From Thermoproteus tenax Kra 1 (GTDB lineage Archaea > Thermoproteota > Thermoprotei > Thermoproteales > Thermoproteaceae): DNA of 32,000 bases. Made by a program: the position numbers and the translations under genes. Under the pieces are notes generated by a model. It was not told the origin of the DNA and did not search any database. It saw only the letters and a list, made by a program, of their open reading frames with translations. The stretch spans positions 1,080,001-1,112,000 of the forward strand of contig NC_016070.1 in the NCBI RefSeq assembly GCF_000253055.1. The letters are read 5' to 3'. This document shows, piece by piece, positions 29,399 to 32,000 of this stretch (positions are counted from its first letter, which is position 1; each line of letters begins with the position of its first letter).

Positions 29399-30928
29399 TC
29401 ACCTAAAGCAGACTCCGGCTCTGCACACGCCCCTTAGGTGCTCCTCGAACTCCTCTCTGAATCTGCCGAGTGCGTCCAAGAACACCTTCCCCGCCGCCTG
29501 GCCCAGGCCGCATAGGGAGGTCTCCATCATGGTCTTGGCCACGGACTCGGCCCACTTCAGATCCTCCTCGGTCGCCCTCCCCGCTTTAATCCTCCGCATA
29601 ATCTCAACAAGCTCCCTAGTGCCCAGTCTGCACGGCTCGCATTTGCCGCACGACTCGGCCGCGAAGAACTGGGCCACTTCATACATGGCGTCCACGATGC
29701 ACCTCCCGTTGGACAGAACTATCACCGAGCCTGTGCCGAGCCCGACGCCGGCCTTCCTGGCGCCGTCGAAATCGAGGGCGATGTCGGCGTCTCCAGGCAG
29801 CAGTCCGCCCGAGACTCCCCCTATGAAGACGGCCTTTACATCGGAGGCGCCGCTGGCCTTGAGGAGCTCCCCGAGCCTCGTGCCCATTTTGAGGACGTAT
29901 ACGCCCGGCCTCTCCACGTCGCCGGTGACCGAGTAGCGCTTCTCTACGGCGGGCTCTCTGCCCTCGTAGTACGCCCTCAAAATGTCGACGAGCACAGCTA
30001 TGGTCTCCACGTTGTTGACGACGGTGGGCTTTCCATAGAGCCCCCTCTCCGTGGGGTACGGAGGCCTCACCCTCGGCTCCCCCCTCCTCCCCTCCAGCGC
30101 CTCCAACAGCGCTGTCTCCTCGCCTACTACGTAGGAGCCGCCCACGGACACGACGCTAATTGGCGGGGCCGCCGCGCCCCTCGAGGCGAGGAAGGCCCTC
30201 AGCTCCTCCAGCGCTGCCTCCAACACTGCCCTCGCCGCCTCGTAGTCCTCCCTCACTGCGATGATGGCCTCGTCGACGTCCAACACCAGCGACGCTATGA
30301 GCGTCCCCTCCAAAAGCTTGTGTGGGTTCGACTCTACGAGCTCTCTGTCCTTGAAGGTGCCGGGCTCCCCCTCGTGGAAGTTCACCACGAGGTACTTGGG
30401 CCTGTCGGGGTTGGACAACAAAGAGCGCCACTTGGCCGCCGTGGGGAACCCGGCGCCCCCCAGCCCCCTCAAGTTCGCCCTGTCGAGGAGCGAGAGCACG
30501 AAGGATCTGTCCCGCTCCTCCAAGAGCCTCAGAGCGGCCGAATAGCCCCCCTCTTTGACGTAGGCGTCGAGCCTTTTGTAGGCCCTCAGAGCCTCCTCCT
30601 TCCCCGGTATCTCCTGTAGAGAGCCGCGGTATGTATAGAGCCTTCCTCCGATCTTAACTACGGGCCCCTTGTCGCAATAGCCCAGGCAGTAGGCCGTCGA
30701 GAACTTTACGCCGCGTCTCTCGAGCTCCTCGGCCGCCCGCCTCGCTCCCTTCAGAACGCAAGGGAGGCCCATACAGACTTGGTTCTCCTCTCGCCCTAGA
30801 TAGAACGTGGCGATCCCCTTCAGAGCTGAGACGGGCACATTGTACCTCCGGGCCGTCTCTCTGAGGCCGGAGGACCGCCCCTCGAGCACCTCTCGGGCCG
30901 CCTGCCTGAGCCTCGAGTTGTAGTCCAC
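29399..30928 (-). CDS. NuoE-NuoF fusion (NADH/NAD(P)-binding flavoprotein subunit of a formate dehydrogenase or hydrogenase complex)
   Basis: 509 aa; N-terminal thioredoxin-like 2Fe-2S 'CMGLPC...CLGYC', then 'LRGLGGAGFPTAAKW', 'NFHEGEPGTFKDR', 'CGKCEPCRLGT'. Confidence 0.85.
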   Translation of the reverse strand: MDYNSRLRQAAREVLEGRSSGLRETARRYNVPVSALKGIATFYLGREENQVCMGLPCVLKGARRAAEELERRGVKFSTAYCLGYCDKGPVVKIGGRLYTYRGSLQEIPGKEEALRAYKRLDAYVKEGGYSAALRLLEERDRSFVLSLLDRANLRGLGGAGFPTAAKWRSLLSNPDRPKYLVVNFHEGEPGTFKDRELVESNPHKLLEGTLIASLVLDVDEAIIAVREDYEAARAVLEAALEELRAFLASRGAAAPPISVVSVGGSYVVGEETALLEALEGRRGEPRVRPPYPTERGLYGKPTVVNNVETIAVLVDILRAYYEGREPAVEKRYSVTGDVERPGVYVLKMGTRLGELLKASGASDVKAVFIGGVSGGLLPGDADIALDFDGARKAGVGLGTGSVIVLSNGRCIVDAMYEVAQFFAAESCGKCEPCRLGTRELVEIMRRIKAGRATEEDLKWAESVAKTMMETSLCGLGQAAGKVFLDALGRFREEFEEHLRGVCRAGVCFR

Positions 30929-31408
30929 GGACTCTTGGAGGAGCGGAATAAAACGTTTTCATCGTTGTCGATGGGCGACAGATGCCGAGAAGTTTGAGAT
31001 CGACTGCGAGTTCGTCTCTCGTCTGCGTCCGACTTGGGGCCATCGCGACGTTCTCCTAGTGCTGGCGCAGAGCTTCACCGCTTCCGACGCCGCCGAAGGA
31101 AACCCAGCAGAGGACAACGCTGACACTGCTTGAGGGCCGCGGCCAGAGCCGTCTCCCGCTTCTCCGGAGTTTAAGGCCAGATGGAGCGCGTAAGTGCGCT
31201 GAGATGATCGTCGGAGATCGCAACGCATAGCCTTGGGCGCCTAGATCGACGCCTATGTAATACGTCATATCACGCCTTGATGAATTGTTTTTAGCTATAA
31301 TCACTATAGATATTGTGATCAAAAATTTATGTAATTTTACACTTTACTCGGGGCTTGCATCGCCGCAATGCGCTAAAAGCAGCTCGGAAGACGGTACCAT
31401 GTGGAGCA

Positions 31409-32000
31409 TCATTTGGGGAAAAATAAAGTGACTAGTAGGAGCGCAATGAGTATCACCACGATGCGCGCGATGCCGAAGGAGATGAATAGGTTCCACACCT
31501 TGTACTGTTTCATTAACGAGAAGCGTGTGTTCAGCCCTATCGCTATGAAAGTCAGCCCGAACAACAAGACTCTAAATGGATCTGTGCCTTGCAACACTAC
31601 CACTGGAACTACGGCCTTTGTGGCTGCGTCGATCGGATTCGGCTGAGCGGCGAAGGCTGAGCCGGCCAAAGCCGCAATGAGCGCAGAGACTGCCAGACTG
31701 GTGAAGAAGTAGCCTAGGACAAACTTTGGAAATCTAAACCAGAGCTCCATAGGCGAGGGCCTCCTCCGCGCCGACTGAGCGCCCCCCGAGCGCCTCGGCT
31801 CTACGAAGAAGGCCCATATCAACGCGAGGACGAAGGCCACTACGCCGATCCAGATGTCTATCAACATCTTGGTCATTACTCCTATAGTCAACGGGGCATC
31901 TAGCCCCACCCCCCTGGCCACTATCTCCGCCGATGCGGCCGCGGCTCCGTCCGTCTTGACCGAGAGCCCCATCCATGCTCCGGCGGCAGCCGGCGACAGT
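31409..32000 (-). CDS. Polytopic membrane protein, UPF0324/YeiH-like (putative sulfate exporter family), truncated by the window edge
   Basis: Open frame reads '...LSPAAAGAWMGLSVKTDGAAAASAEIVARGVG...TKMLIDIWIGVVAFVLALIW' from the window edge. Confidence 0.55.
   Translation of the reverse strand, partial: LSPAAAGAWMGLSVKTDGAAAASAEIVARGVGLDAPLTIGVMTKMLIDIWIGVVAFVLALIWAFFVEPRRSGGAQSARRRPSPMELWFRFPKFVLGYFFTSLAVSALIAALAGSAFAAQPNPIDAATKAVVPVVVLQGTDPFRVLLFGLTFIAIGLNTRFSLMKQYKVWNLFISFGIARIVVILIALLLVTLFFPK

Overview
Accessory/defence region of a hyperthermophilic crenarchaeon, probably Thermoproteales (Thermoproteus/Pyrobaculum-like; inferred from gene content and repeat type). Three CRISPR arrays are present. 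Arrays A (~1876-3991, + strand, 32 repeats) and C (23070-24118, + strand, 16 repeats) use GAATCTCAAAGAGAGGATTGAAAG. Array B (15240-16997, - strand, 25 canonical plus 2 degenerate repeats) uses GAATCTCAAAAAGAGGATTGAAAG. All three are preceded by homologous ~312 bp leaders. Between A and B lies a type I-A locus: adaptation genes csa1-cas1-cas2-cas4 (- strand), a divergent csa3 regulator, and an overlapping interference operon csa5-cas7-cas5-cas3'-cas3''-cas8a2. A Csx1-like CARF/HEPN gene sits at the leader end of array A. The local cas1 is broken by an in-frame TAG, loss of the central catalytic part and a frameshift. Next to cas8a2 there is an uncharacterised ATPase plus small possible-nuclease pair (12781-14015) facing a second, frameshifted ATPase (14079-15114). 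A NurA / CARF-like unknown (frameshifted) / HerA cluster lies at 19.6-22.7 kb. The remainder is a beta-helix surface protein, a D-2-hydroxyacid dehydrogenase, an MFS transporter, a frameshifted pyridine nucleotide-disulfide oxidoreductase, a formate dehydrogenase-like alpha subunit with a NuoE-NuoF fusion, and a truncated membrane protein. Strongest second-look items: (1) diverged sister spacers in arrays A and C that encode conservatively substituted versions of one peptide; (2) a 30-nt perfect palindrome spanning a repeat-spacer junction in array C; (3) cas1 decay beside arrays with intact leaders; (4) the ATPase/small-protein pair; (5) the CARF-like frameshifted ORF coupled to nurA.
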